A DNA stretch of 50,045 nucleotides from Promethearchaeota archaeon (GCA_048938855.1 JBHLLT010000018.1:4347-54391); one strand, 5' to 3'. Counted from the stretch's first letter, positions 1 through 10,696 are shown. The notes: generated by a model from the letters alone, not told the origin. Numbers and translations are program-made.

Positions 1-492
1 CCCGCAAAGATCTATGCCTTAAGGAATGTTGATAGTGGTGATAATGCATTTGTTTGTGGAATTGGAAATAAACCATGTCCTTCATTGATTACAGGGGAAA
101 TAACAGGGACTATTGATGATCTCCTTTCAATTGGAATTGATAAAACTATTAGTGAAAAAATAATCGAAGGTGAAAAAGTTATTGAGACATACAGCAAAAA
201 TATCCATCAATCAAGATTTAGATTTTATGAAAATTTATCATCTTTAGACGATACAACTGAACCTATAAAAAAAATTCTTGAAAATAAGGCATTCTTTAAT
301 TCAATAATTTTTCTCTCAGAATCACAATATAATAAAGTGAGAGAACTTTTAGAAGATTTCCTCACAAAACTATATGAATTTATTGAAAGTAATAAAAAAG
401 AAAATTCAGAATCATATAAACCATATGTTTTTTTAGCTTCTGCAATGAACTTAAAAGAAATTCTTGAGAAAAATATTTCCTTACAAGATTAA
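1..492 (+). CDS. 5'-truncated protein, probably the C-terminal part of an ArsR/winged-helix transcriptional regulator
   Basis: Frame is open from base 1 (PAKIYALRN...). 'PAKIYAL' resembles a wHTH wing end, and the C-terminal 'LSESQYNKVRELLEDFL...YVFLASAM' resembles the tail of ArsR-type regulators. It lies upstream of the sulfatase cluster. Confidence 0.45.
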   Translation, partial: PAKIYALRNVDSGDNAFVCGIGNKPCPSLITGEITGTIDDLLSIGIDKTISEKIIEGEKVIETYSKNIHQSRFRFYENLSSLDDTTEPIKKILENKAFFNSIIFLSESQYNKVRELLEDFLTKLYEFIESNKKENSESYKPYVFLASAMNLKEILEKNISLQD

Positions 493-626
493 GATTAGAT
501 AAATTAGTCAATTTCGCCTTTTGGATAATCCAATAGCTATATATTTCTATGTGTCGTATTGATATTATAAGATTAGATCATATAATTGAATTAATCACTT
601 TTCTGAGATAATTTAATCTGATACAT

Positions 627-2153
627 ATGAGTGAAAAATTAAATGTTTTATTTATAATCACTGATGCAATGCGCGCAGACCATATGAGTTGTGCTGGTAA
701 TCCCATAGTTAGAACTCCTAACCTTGACAAATTAGCTTCGGAGGGAGTTAGATTTATTAATAATTTTTGTACTAATCCTATCTGTATGCCGAATAGAGCT
801 ACCTTAATTACTGGACTGTATCCAAATGTTCATGGTGTTAGAAGTAATGGAATAAATTTAAGAGAAGACATTCCTACAATCATTCAAACTCTTAGTAAAA
901 GGGGATGGTATACAGCTGCAATTGGCAAAATCCATCATCAATATTGGTTAGCTCCATTTAAACATAAGAGTAGATCCGCAGAAAGTCTAACTGATTGGGT
1001 TCTAAATAGAGATAAGAGCTATCCAGTTAGAGATAATTTTCCTTTACCGTATTATGGATATAAGGAAGTTGAAGTTATCTCTGGAAATGGTTCTGTATGT
1101 GCTGGGCATTATACAGAATGGTTGGAGGAAAAAGATCCTCAAATAGCTGAAGATATGAAAATTAGGGTTCAAAATTATGATAATCTTTTTAATCTTTTCT
1201 GTGATCCCATTCCTGAAGAATTATATAATACTACTTGGGTTACAGAAAGGACTTTAGCATTCTTAGAAAGATATACAAAAGGAGATTATGGAAATAACCC
1301 TTTCTATCTACATTGTTCTTTTCCTGATCCCCATTATCCACTATATCCACCTAAACGCTATCAAGATATGTATAAACAGAAAGATATCGATCTTCCTGCT
1401 AATTTTAATAATATTAAAAACTTGTATAATCATGATTTTATGGGTTATCATTTAAGAAATCCTCCCTTTAGAAAACAATTCCTACGTGAAAGTACAGAGC
1501 AAGAAGTCCGTGAGATAACGAGATTAACTTATGCTGCAATATCATATGTAGATTATAGTATTGGCTTAATTTTGGCTTCAATGGAGAAATTAGGAATTTT
1601 AGACAATACTATTGTGGTTTTTACGAGCGATCATGGAGATTTAATGGGTGAGCATAGCCTTTTATACAAGGGTCCTTGCCCTTTTAATGGAGTTTTACAA
1701 CTTCCCTTAATATGGAAGGTACCAGAATTTACAAAGCCAGGAGAAGTGTCTAATTCCCTAGTAAGTTCAATAGATTATCCTAAAACAATCTTAAATCTTC
1801 TAGATATAAAGGAAAGATACCAACCTCTAGATATGCAAGGATATGATATTTCACCAATTCTATTAGATCCAAAAAGGACCATTAGAAAGAATATCTTAAT
1901 AGAAAATGATGAGGAAATTGGTCCTTTTAGAGCTCGATTAAGACACCTTGTTACGGAAGATTATAAACTAACGGTTTATTCTGGACTAAATAATTTCGGA
2001 GATATTTATGATAGAAAAAATGATCCTCATGAATTGAATAATTTATGGAATGATAAAAGGTTTAGAAATCAGAGATTTGAATTAGTGAATAGCCTACTAC
2101 AAGAAAATCTTAAAGCTCAAACTCCATATCCTAAACGTATAGCGGGGACTTGA
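627..2153 (+). CDS. Cys-type sulfatase (arylsulfatase A/choline-sulfatase-like), cytoplasmic
   Basis: NVLFIITD, TPNLDKLA, formylglycine motif CMPNRATLITG (CxPxR), GKIH, SFPDPH, FTSDHG and DPHELNNL; no signal peptide. Confidence 0.93.
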   Translation: MSEKLNVLFIITDAMRADHMSCAGNPIVRTPNLDKLASEGVRFINNFCTNPICMPNRATLITGLYPNVHGVRSNGINLREDIPTIIQTLSKRGWYTAAIGKIHHQYWLAPFKHKSRSAESLTDWVLNRDKSYPVRDNFPLPYYGYKEVEVISGNGSVCAGHYTEWLEEKDPQIAEDMKIRVQNYDNLFNLFCDPIPEELYNTTWVTERTLAFLERYTKGDYGNNPFYLHCSFPDPHYPLYPPKRYQDMYKQKDIDLPANFNNIKNLYNHDFMGYHLRNPPFRKQFLRESTEQEVREITRLTYAAISYVDYSIGLILASMEKLGILDNTIVVFTSDHGDLMGEHSLLYKGPCPFNGVLQLPLIWKVPEFTKPGEVSNSLVSSIDYPKTILNLLDIKERYQPLDMQGYDISPILLDPKRTIRKNILIENDEEIGPFRARLRHLVTEDYKLTVYSGLNNFGDIYDRKNDPHELNNLWNDKRFRNQRFELVNSLLQENLKAQTPYPKRIAGT

Positions 2154-2220
2154 CATTAATGAAATATAGTTTTTATGCTTTAGTTTGAATTTTAAAAATG
2201 TCCAAGATTTTTTGATTATT

Positions 2221-3750
2221 ATGAGTGAAAAATTGAATGTGTTATTTATAAACACTGACCAACAGAGATATGACCATATGGGTTGCTCAGGAAATGCTCT
2301 ACTAAAAACGCCTAATCTTGACAAATTATCAAGTGAAGGAGTACATTTTACTAATGCATTTTGTACTAATCCAATGTGTATGCCCAATAGAGCAACATTA
2401 CTAACGGGATTATACCCAAACGTCCATGGAGTAAGAAGTAATGGCATGATTTTATCAAAAGATGTTCCTACAATAACTCAAACTCTTGTTAAGAGAGGAT
2501 GGTATACCGCAGCATTTGGAAAACTTCATCATCAATTTAATGTAGCACCCTATAAATCTTATTATAAATCTGCCGAATGTTTTCAGGATTGGGTATTTCC
2601 AGATGGAACTAATAAGTTCGTAGGTAAGAACTTTCCAATTCCCTATTATGGATATAATGAAGTTGAAACCGTATTAGGTCATGGAGCATGCTTATGTGGT
2701 CATTATTTAGATTGGTTGGAAGAAAAATCCCCTAAGCATGCTAAGAAAATGCGGAATAGATGGAAAACTAATGATAATTTTTTTGCTATATTTACTGAAC
2801 ATGAATTGCCTGTCGAACTTTACTCGACTGCTTATGTGAAAGATCAAACCATCGCCTTTCTTGAAAGACATGCTAATGGAGATTATGGTAAAAAACCATT
2901 CTATGTTCATTGCTCATTCCCTGACCCACATCAACCAGTTTGGCCTCCAGGAAGGTATAAGGATATGTACAAACCTGAAGATATTGAATTGCCTAAAAAC
3001 TTTAGCGACCTTAAGATTCTACGGAGTCATCCATATTTAGCACCGTATATTAATATAATGCCTGGAGCTATTTTAAGAGAAACAACGGAAGAAGAGGCAA
3101 AAAAATTTATTGCATATACGTATGGGACTCTTTCATTACTTGATCATAGTATAGGTCAGATTTTAGCGGCTCTGGAAAAGCTAGGATATTCAGATAATAC
3201 AATAGTAGTGTTTACGAGTGATCATGGCGATTTAATGGGTGAACATGGAATGCTTTTCAAAGGCCCTTCGACTTATAATGGTGTTTTTCATATACCTATG
3301 ATATGGAAAGTACCAGAATTAACAAACTCAGGGAGAACAGATGCCTTAATGAGTTCTATTGATTACCCTAAAACTCTCTTAAATATATTAGGGATAAATG
3401 AACACCATCAACCACCTAATATGCAAGGATATGATCTGACTCTCGTTTTAAAAGATCCTGAAAATATTGATATTCAACCACGGGATTGTTGTTTCATCGA
3501 AAATGATGAAGAAGTAGGGGCTCTTAACGTAAGATTGCGCCATCTTATAACAAAAGAATACAAATTAACTATTTATAGGGATTTAGATAATTTTGGAGAT
3601 GTATTTGATAGAAAGAATGATCCACTTGAAATTAATAATTTATGGTATAATGAAGAGTTTAAGGATAAAAGGTTCCAGTTAGTCAATAAACTTCTACATG
3701 AAAATCTTAGAGCTCAAACAAAATACCCCAAAAGAATTGCTGGAACATAG
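2221..3750 (+). CDS. Cys-type sulfatase, tandem paralogue of 627..2153
   Basis: Same motifs (CMPNRATLLTG, SFPDPH, FTSDHG). Start moved to ATG 2221 because MSEKLNVLFI matches the paralogue N-terminus; both end in YPKRIAGT. Confidence 0.93.
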   Translation: MSEKLNVLFINTDQQRYDHMGCSGNALLKTPNLDKLSSEGVHFTNAFCTNPMCMPNRATLLTGLYPNVHGVRSNGMILSKDVPTITQTLVKRGWYTAAFGKLHHQFNVAPYKSYYKSAECFQDWVFPDGTNKFVGKNFPIPYYGYNEVETVLGHGACLCGHYLDWLEEKSPKHAKKMRNRWKTNDNFFAIFTEHELPVELYSTAYVKDQTIAFLERHANGDYGKKPFYVHCSFPDPHQPVWPPGRYKDMYKPEDIELPKNFSDLKILRSHPYLAPYINIMPGAILRETTEEEAKKFIAYTYGTLSLLDHSIGQILAALEKLGYSDNTIVVFTSDHGDLMGEHGMLFKGPSTYNGVFHIPMIWKVPELTNSGRTDALMSSIDYPKTLLNILGINEHHQPPNMQGYDLTLVLKDPENIDIQPRDCCFIENDEEVGALNVRLRHLITKEYKLTIYRDLDNFGDVFDRKNDPLEINNLWYNEEFKDKRFQLVNKLLHENLRAQTKYPKRIAGT

Positions 3751-3848
3751 TATTCGAAATAGCACTCTTATTATTTTAAATTTTTAAATACTAGATCGTT
3801 TAATATCTAGATATTAGAATTCTAATTTTACAATAATAATTGATTTAT

Positions 3849-5159
3849 ATGAGTAATGCTAAAAAGATTACAAAATTTACGACTTTAGTTATATTATTAG
3901 CGGCATTTATTGCTTGGATGCATGATGGATATTCCTTAGTGATAATTACGTTATTAGCACCACAATTAAAAACCTTTTTTGGAGTAACAGATGCCGCTAT
4001 TGGTTTAGTAATTTCATTGCAATTTGTATTTACAGTTCCTGGTGCTATATTATTTGGTGAATTGGGTGATAGATTTGGGAGGAAAAATGCTTTAATTCTT
4101 TCTATAGCCTGGGATGCAGTTTTTTCTTCATTAACTTCATTAGTTCCAGCAAATCAATTTATACTCTTCGCTATAATGAGAATGATTTCTGGTTTAGGGG
4201 TGAGTTGGGGACTTTCTTTTTCATTAATTTCTGAATATATTTCTTCCAAGAGGCGAGGTGCAGCAGGAGGATTAGTTCATTCAACATTTGTAATAGGCTA
4301 TATTGGAGCAATTATCGCAACATTATTGATAGGTCAATGGCAATATTGCTTTCTAACAACTCTCTTTCCACTTCCCTTTTTAGTTCTTTTTTGGTTCGCT
4401 CTCCCTGAATCCGCGATCTGGTCAGAATATGATCATATTATGAAAGAGAGGAAAGTTAAACAGAAATTACGGATAAGAGAACTATTTAGTAGAAAATGGT
4501 TAAAATTAACATTATTGCTAATTCTCCTATTTTGGCTGGCAGAATTAGCATATCATGCTTTAGTAGATTTTGCACCTACGTTTTTCCAATACTTATTTGC
4601 TAATGCTGGGGTTATTAATTATGAAAGCGCTTCAAGACTTTTCATGTTAGTTCTTATGGTAATTGCTGCTCTAGGGTTAATTTTCTTTGGATTTCTGAGC
4701 GATTACATTGGGAGAAAAAAAGCATTTTTAGTAGATAATTTAGTAGGAATATTTGGTGGCATACTATTTGCGGTTTTTACAAAATTTCTCTTTAATGATA
4801 ATATACTACTAATATCATCTGTATTTATTACACTTGGTTTTGGCCTTCATGGAATCTTTGGAGTCTGGTCTTCTGAATTATATGATACTGAAATAAGAGC
4901 TTCTGCGAATTCTATAATATTTTCAGTTGCCCGTGGATTAGGATTAGGAGGTTTTGTTGTTGGTGTGATATCTGATTGGCTTAATCCATTTAGCGCAGAT
5001 CCCTTTAGTAATCCATTTATTTCTCTACAAGCACTGGGGACTGGTATGCTCCTTAGTTTAGCGGCTTTTATTGGAATCTTTATTGTACTCCGCTTTGTTC
5101 CTGAACCCAAAGATAAGACACTAACAGCACTTAGAAAAGAACGCCCACTAAAATCTTAA
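3849..5159 (+). CDS. MFS transporter (sugar/aromatic acid:H+ symporter-like)
   Basis: About 12 hydrophobic segments, motif A (GELGDRFGRK and GFLSDYIGRK), PES and SELY..EIRA motifs. ATG at 3849 is preferred over TTG at 3840. Confidence 0.9.
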   Translation: MSNAKKITKFTTLVILLAAFIAWMHDGYSLVIITLLAPQLKTFFGVTDAAIGLVISLQFVFTVPGAILFGELGDRFGRKNALILSIAWDAVFSSLTSLVPANQFILFAIMRMISGLGVSWGLSFSLISEYISSKRRGAAGGLVHSTFVIGYIGAIIATLLIGQWQYCFLTTLFPLPFLVLFWFALPESAIWSEYDHIMKERKVKQKLRIRELFSRKWLKLTLLLILLFWLAELAYHALVDFAPTFFQYLFANAGVINYESASRLFMLVLMVIAALGLIFFGFLSDYIGRKKAFLVDNLVGIFGGILFAVFTKFLFNDNILLISSVFITLGFGLHGIFGVWSSELYDTEIRASANSIIFSVARGLGLGGFVVGVISDWLNPFSADPFSNPFISLQALGTGMLLSLAAFIGIFIVLRFVPEPKDKTLTALRKERPLKS

Positions 5160-5288
5160 CTTTTTTTATATTATATTTACCCTAATTTTTATAAGCTTTA
5201 ATTTTATATGTTAAATAAACTAACGGAAGATATAAATAAATTAATTTATTTTATAGAATTAAGATAAGTTTAAGGGTATTAGGGGTAA

Positions 5289-7586
5289 ATGATTAAAAAT
5301 ATTACTGGAAAAGATAAAATCATAATTACTGTATTTATCTTATTCAATTTTTTTCTAATTTCAAATAATATAATCTCATTTTCAAGTGCTCAGCTTAGTG
5401 GTGAAGATTTTTCATTTTCATCTAAATTGCCTTTTAATGAATATTGCCAAATCGAAGGAGGAAAAGAGAATGCTAGTTCAATAATCATCGATTTACCAGA
5501 ACCTAATTGGTCAATTTCAAATCTTCAAATGAATTTTACTGACATAAGTTTAGGAAGTGAAACTAAAGTTATAGAAGAGACTGAATCAGGGCAGAGCCAG
5601 ATATGGAATAAAAATACTGTATTCAGGACATTTGCATTAGGGATGCAAATTAAAATTTTGGCAGTTACGGACTTACTAGGTGTTTACATCAAAGGATATA
5701 AAACCCCACAAGCAAACGATACAATTAAATTCCAACTTCAAGGGTTTAACGGAATTAATTTGAGCCCTAATGGTACAATTCTTAGATCAATCGATTTAAA
5801 TATATCTACTGATTTAGATTGGTATTATCAAGATTTTTCTTCAAATCCTATTACTCTACCGATTGGAAATTATTCACTTGTGATGAATGGAACAAATATA
5901 CCTACCAATCCTGATGCAAAGTATTTTTGGCAGATAGACAGTCTGGATCCAGAAATTCCTTTTTTACATACATCCTCTTATATAACCTCCTGGACGCTAG
6001 GCACTGTAAACTCAAGTTTTTTATGCAAATTGAAAGTTTCTAATCCAAATCAATTTTATTTTCCTTCAGAATTAAATATGTCTGCTCAGGTTAATGGAGA
6101 TAATTATCAAATAATAGATGGCTTGACGAAAGGGAATGGGTTTTTAAATTTATCTAATTTAAATTACTCCTCTGAGGAGATTGATTTAAACATACCAATC
6201 TCGATTAATCAATCTCTGATATTAAATTATAATTATAATTATTCAATTACTCTGATAAATAACTTTAATGTCACTACAGATGCTAATATTAAAGAATTGA
6301 ATAATAAATGGACATTAGAACCAATATTCAATAGAATTACATCAAATTATTATGTAGAATTCAATTTTCCAAAAAATTGGTATAATTTAACGCTGGATCG
6401 GAAAATAGGATTGACATGGGAAAATGTTACATCAGAAATTAATATAAATATTAATACAAGCGGGATTATCATTCCTAATGGGAGTATCTCAGATGGAGCT
6501 GAATGGAGAATAACAGCGAACTCTCCAAATATTCCGCTTTCGTTAAATGTGCCTTCAACTGAATTCGGACCTAACCAAGAAATTCAGTTTTCTGTTATTG
6601 CTCCAATTTATCCTGGAAATTTAACTTTTAGGTTAGTAAATTCTTTAGGTTTTCTAGCTCAATCAGATGTTGTATATATGTTCAAATCAATTGAAACAGA
6701 AGATCTTTTGCTTAATTATCAACTTTCAGCCAATCCTCACAAAGGAATTTATAAGGCTTACGTTTTTTGGTATAATGATACAGCGGGAGGAATAATAACT
6801 CAAGAATTTAAAGTCAACGTTCCATTTACTATACCTCCTATTTGGATCGTTATTGGTATAACAATTGCAATTACAGGGATTACTGCTGGAGTGATGTCTT
6901 ATCGAACGATCAAGAAATATAGGATTAGAAAGATGGAAGAAGAGCAAAAACTCTTCCATAAATGTATGGATGTTTTAAATTTATATCATGTTATTGTTTC
7001 AGATAAAAAATCTGGCTTAAATATATATCAACAGGATTTTACAGAGAAAAAAATTGACGCAGCTATGATTTCGGGATTTTTACAAGCAATTCATAATTTT
7101 GGTATTGAATTGATCAAAATTGAAGATAGTTCCCAGACTATAAAGCTAGAATACAAGGATTCAATCATAATAATGACTGAATTCGTAAATATAAGACTCA
7201 TCTTAATAATGAAAGCAGCTCCTTCCTCTAATTTCTTATATTCACTTGAAGATTTGGCCTATGATGTCTATAAATATTTTGGTGAGGCAATTGATAAATT
7301 TAATGGTGACATTAAACCATTTAAATCAATAGAAAAATTTTTAAAACAACATCTTAATACAACTCTTACTTATCCAACAAAACTTACCAATCTAGCAAAT
7401 TCAGATAAAATTAGAATAAATCCAAGTGGAAGAGAAATGATAAGTAAAGCAAGATCAATTATGAAAAAAAGAAATTCGGATACTTTTTACCTATCCTCTT
7501 TACTGCTCGAAAAAGAGTGCAGTCCCAAAGATTTAGAAGCAATACTGAATTTGATTGATAAAAAAATTATTGAAATAATAGAGTAA
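5289..7586 (+). CDS. Single-pass membrane glycoprotein: large beta-rich ectodomain, TM, cytoplasmic longin/roadblock-like domain (paralogue A)
   Basis: N-terminal signal/TM, many N-X-S/T sequons, TM at 'IWIVIGITIAITGITAGVM', then 'DKKSGLNIY...MISGFLQAIHNFGIEL' typical of Asgard longin-like domains. Confidence 0.75.
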   Translation: MIKNITGKDKIIITVFILFNFFLISNNIISFSSAQLSGEDFSFSSKLPFNEYCQIEGGKENASSIIIDLPEPNWSISNLQMNFTDISLGSETKVIEETESGQSQIWNKNTVFRTFALGMQIKILAVTDLLGVYIKGYKTPQANDTIKFQLQGFNGINLSPNGTILRSIDLNISTDLDWYYQDFSSNPITLPIGNYSLVMNGTNIPTNPDAKYFWQIDSLDPEIPFLHTSSYITSWTLGTVNSSFLCKLKVSNPNQFYFPSELNMSAQVNGDNYQIIDGLTKGNGFLNLSNLNYSSEEIDLNIPISINQSLILNYNYNYSITLINNFNVTTDANIKELNNKWTLEPIFNRITSNYYVEFNFPKNWYNLTLDRKIGLTWENVTSEINININTSGIIIPNGSISDGAEWRITANSPNIPLSLNVPSTEFGPNQEIQFSVIAPIYPGNLTFRLVNSLGFLAQSDVVYMFKSIETEDLLLNYQLSANPHKGIYKAYVFWYNDTAGGIITQEFKVNVPFTIPPIWIVIGITIAITGITAGVMSYRTIKKYRIRKMEEEQKLFHKCMDVLNLYHVIVSDKKSGLNIYQQDFTEKKIDAAMISGFLQAIHNFGIELIKIEDSSQTIKLEYKDSIIIMTEFVNIRLILIMKAAPSSNFLYSLEDLAYDVYKYFGEAIDKFNGDIKPFKSIEKFLKQHLNTTLTYPTKLTNLANSDKIRINPSGREMISKARSIMKKRNSDTFYLSSLLLEKECSPKDLEAILNLIDKKIIEIIE

Positions 7587-7808
7587 GTATTTCACTAATT
7601 AGACTATTAATTAGTTGAATATTACGGAGAAAATTATACCCAAATAATATTTAAATCAAATTTTCTTTACACTTTTGAATTAAATTTAGATTATTGATTT
7701 AAAATTTTGTAAAGGTTTTAGGATATTTAATTAAAATTTAAATAATCAGATATAGATTAAGATATTAATTCTGAATTGTAATTTTCAAAAAAATATTTAG
7801 GGTTAATT

Positions 7809-10064
7809 ATGAGGAAAATCGTCAAAAAATACTATTTAATTATATTCATTCTTTTTTTATCTTTAATCTCTTTAAATTTTTTAGTGAAAAAATCATATGC
7901 TCAAATTGATCATGATTCCTTATATTCAAATTCAGATTTCATAATCACTGAACTCTCAGAATATATAAGCAATAGTAATAATATAACTTCCATTGACATT
8001 CCATTAGCTTCTGAAACCTGGAATATTACAACTATGGAGATGAATTTCACAGATATTAGATTAGGTGAGGAAGTTAAGACAATTGAGGCTTTAAGTGATG
8101 GTAGCTCAAAAATAACAGTTGGTAATGGTCTTAAAGGTTGGGGAGTACAAGTCAATATTACTGAACCTACAATTATCTTTGGTGCCTATATTTTTGGTTA
8201 TAGAAGTATACAAACTCCAACTACACCACTACATTTTCAATTGACTGGATATGATAGTGGTACTGATACTCCTAACGCTAACATCATAAGTTCCAATTTG
8301 TTCAATATCTCAACAATTCCTAATTGGTATCTTCAAACATTTGAAAATGAAGTTTCTCTGGTTCCAGGACAATATTACCTCACATTAAATGGTTCACAAT
8401 TAATCCCTCAAGAAAAAACAGCATATTATTGGTACTTTAATGACTCAAATTCTGTTAATACAAAATTACATACATCCAAGTATGATGGCTCTAAATGGAA
8501 TCTCGAAGCAACAGGAGAACCTTTATTATATAAATTAATCCAGAGAGTTAATAGAACATATAATCCTCAAGAAATAAACATGTCTTTGAATATTGAGGGG
8601 ATTTCTTATCCAATTAATGCAGATGGAAGTTTTTCATTAAATAAAACTATTTCTCCTAATAGTGATGTATTTCATATTCCTGTTACTAATAACCGCTCAA
8701 TAACTCCATTATTTGACCTAAAGTATCAATTAAAATTAAGAAATCTTCTAAATACCACTGGAAATGTGCTAATCCAAGAAAATTCAGCAAATAATTGGAC
8801 TATTGAGCCTGATATACAAAGAAGTTTTAGTAATTATTCTATTAAATTTAAATATCCCTTAGGTTGGTATAACCTAAGAGTCTTTAGAGACATAGGAGGA
8901 GGCTGGATGGATATAACTTCACAAGTTATTGTAAATACAACAAACTATTTTGTCAGTATACCAGATAATACTATTCTTGAAGGTTCTAATTGGAGAATAA
9001 CAGCAAACTCTCCAAACATCCCACTTTCCTTAAATGTGCCTACAACTGAATTCGGACCAGGACAACAAATCCAATTTTCTGTTATTGCTCCAATAAATCC
9101 TGGAAATTTAACTTTCAGATTAGTTAATTCTTTAGGTTTCCTTGCTCAATCAGATGTTACCTATGTACTAGATTCAATTCGAGTAGAAGATTTATTGATA
9201 AGTTATCAACTTTCAAACAATCCCTATCCAGGAACTTATAAAGCCTATGTATTTTGGCATAATGGAACAGCAGGAGGCGTAATTACTCAAGAATATGAAA
9301 TTATTATTCCTTTTACTTTGGATCCAATGTTAATTGTTATTATTGTTGGGGTAATCGCTTTCATTTCAATATTCAGTTATACCACGTATAAAGTGGCTAA
9401 GAATTCCAAATTGAAGCATGAAGCACATAGACAAAAAATATTCAATAAATACATGGATGTCCTAAACTTAGATTATTTTATAATAATCCATAAGAAGTCA
9501 GGATTAAACGTTTACGAGCAGATTCTTGCAACAAAAACTATTGATGCATCTCTAATAACTGGATTTTTAGAAGCAATTCGAACATTTGGAATTGAGCTTA
9601 CCGGTGCTGATGAACAATCTCAAACAATAAAATTGGAATACCATCAATCAAAAGTTCTTATGTCAGAATTTAAAAGCTTCAGAATCTTACTAATTATGAA
9701 AGAAAATCCCTCTCAAGACTTTTTAGAATCAATTAAAACTCTTTCATATGATATTGATAATAAATATGGAAGTCAAATAGAAAATTTCAAAGGAAATCTT
9801 GATGCGTTTATAGGAATTAGAGATTTACTTGAACAACATCTTCAGACTTCATTGATTTACCCATTGAAAATAGTCGAACAACCGGTTAAATTAAAATCAG
9901 ATGAAAAATCAATGCTGAATAGAGCAAAAAGTTTTATGAAAAAGAAAAGCACAGACTATTTTATCGTCACAAATCTCCTCTCTATAAGAAAAGGTTTTTA
10001 CGCAAAAGAAGCTGAAATAATACTTAATTTAATAAAAAAGAAGGTTTTTCAACCTAAAATCTAA
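7809..10064 (+). CDS. Single-pass membrane glycoprotein with cytoplasmic longin/roadblock-like domain (paralogue B)
   Basis: Same architecture, with 'HKKSGLNVY...LITGFLEAIRTFGIEL'; collinear with paralogue A. Confidence 0.75.
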   Translation: MRKIVKKYYLIIFILFLSLISLNFLVKKSYAQIDHDSLYSNSDFIITELSEYISNSNNITSIDIPLASETWNITTMEMNFTDIRLGEEVKTIEALSDGSSKITVGNGLKGWGVQVNITEPTIIFGAYIFGYRSIQTPTTPLHFQLTGYDSGTDTPNANIISSNLFNISTIPNWYLQTFENEVSLVPGQYYLTLNGSQLIPQEKTAYYWYFNDSNSVNTKLHTSKYDGSKWNLEATGEPLLYKLIQRVNRTYNPQEINMSLNIEGISYPINADGSFSLNKTISPNSDVFHIPVTNNRSITPLFDLKYQLKLRNLLNTTGNVLIQENSANNWTIEPDIQRSFSNYSIKFKYPLGWYNLRVFRDIGGGWMDITSQVIVNTTNYFVSIPDNTILEGSNWRITANSPNIPLSLNVPTTEFGPGQQIQFSVIAPINPGNLTFRLVNSLGFLAQSDVTYVLDSIRVEDLLISYQLSNNPYPGTYKAYVFWHNGTAGGVITQEYEIIIPFTLDPMLIVIIVGVIAFISIFSYTTYKVAKNSKLKHEAHRQKIFNKYMDVLNLDYFIIIHKKSGLNVYEQILATKTIDASLITGFLEAIRTFGIELTGADEQSQTIKLEYHQSKVLMSEFKSFRILLIMKENPSQDFLESIKTLSYDIDNKYGSQIENFKGNLDAFIGIRDLLEQHLQTSLIYPLKIVEQPVKLKSDEKSMLNRAKSFMKKKSTDYFIVTNLLSIRKGFYAKEAEIILNLIKKKVFQPKI

Positions 10065-10111
10065 AATTTTTTTAATATTAAAAAAAGATAAAAAAAGTTT
10101 TTTTTTAATTT
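10065..10111. terminator. Probable bidirectional oligo-T/oligo-A terminator region
   Basis: T7, A7, A7 and T9 runs between convergent stop codons; archaeal termination uses oligo-T tracts. Confidence 0.45.
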
Positions 10112-10696
10112 TTATTTAGTTTTTTTTCTCCAATAGGCAAAATAAACGATAAGAAGAATAATCGCTACAGGTATACCAATGACAATTACTATCCACATTA
10201 CAGTCAAGAAGAAAGTACTAACCCAAAATGCATAGCCAAAAGTACCAAATGTGGTGTGGAATGTGCCATTTACACCGTGGTATATACAATATGCTAAGAA
10301 CATAAAAAAACCACCTCCACCGCCTCCACCAGCAGTTTTAGCATTTTTTCTATTCTTTTCTCTACTCTTAAATGCTTGTTTTTCTTCTTCAGGTAATCTA
10401 CGCCAAAATAGATATCCTCCTATGCTAAAGAATAAACCAGCTGGGACTCCTATAAATAAAAGTTCCCACAAAAAGATAAGAATAAAAGAAGCTAACAATG
10501 CATCGAGAGTCCATTGATCTAATGTCCATGCACCATAATTTCCAATAGGAGAAGAATTGATATACCAAAATATCACAGTAATAGCTCCTAATATTAAACA
10601 AACTCCAGCGATGATAACTACGATAAATACTTTCCAGTGTTCCTTGATCTTACTGGTCCAGAATTTCTCATCACTCATTTCATTACTATTTTCCAT
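10112..10696 (-). CDS. Hypothetical membrane protein (about 4 TM, Gly7 run)
   Basis: Hydrophobic segments; 'TAGGGGGGGFF' follows a basic loop. Confidence 0.7.
   Translation of the reverse strand: MENSNEMSDEKFWTSKIKEHWKVFIVVIIAGVCLILGAITVIFWYINSSPIGNYGAWTLDQWTLDALLASFILIFLWELLFIGVPAGLFFSIGGYLFWRRLPEEEKQAFKSREKNRKNAKTAGGGGGGGFFMFLAYCIYHGVNGTFHTTFGTFGYAFWVSTFFLTVMWIVIVIGIPVAIILLIVYFAYWRKKTK

Noticed and set aside
2097-5110. Antisense ORFs such as 2097..2447, 2707..2910 and 4847..5110, and similar ones throughout the track
   Set aside because: They lie opposite well-supported genes and have no motifs; they are shadow ORFs.
6504-9158. Shared block as a DGR template/variable repeat pair
   Set aside because: Both copies are coding, differences are mostly synonymous and not adenine-specific, and there is no reverse transcriptase in the window.
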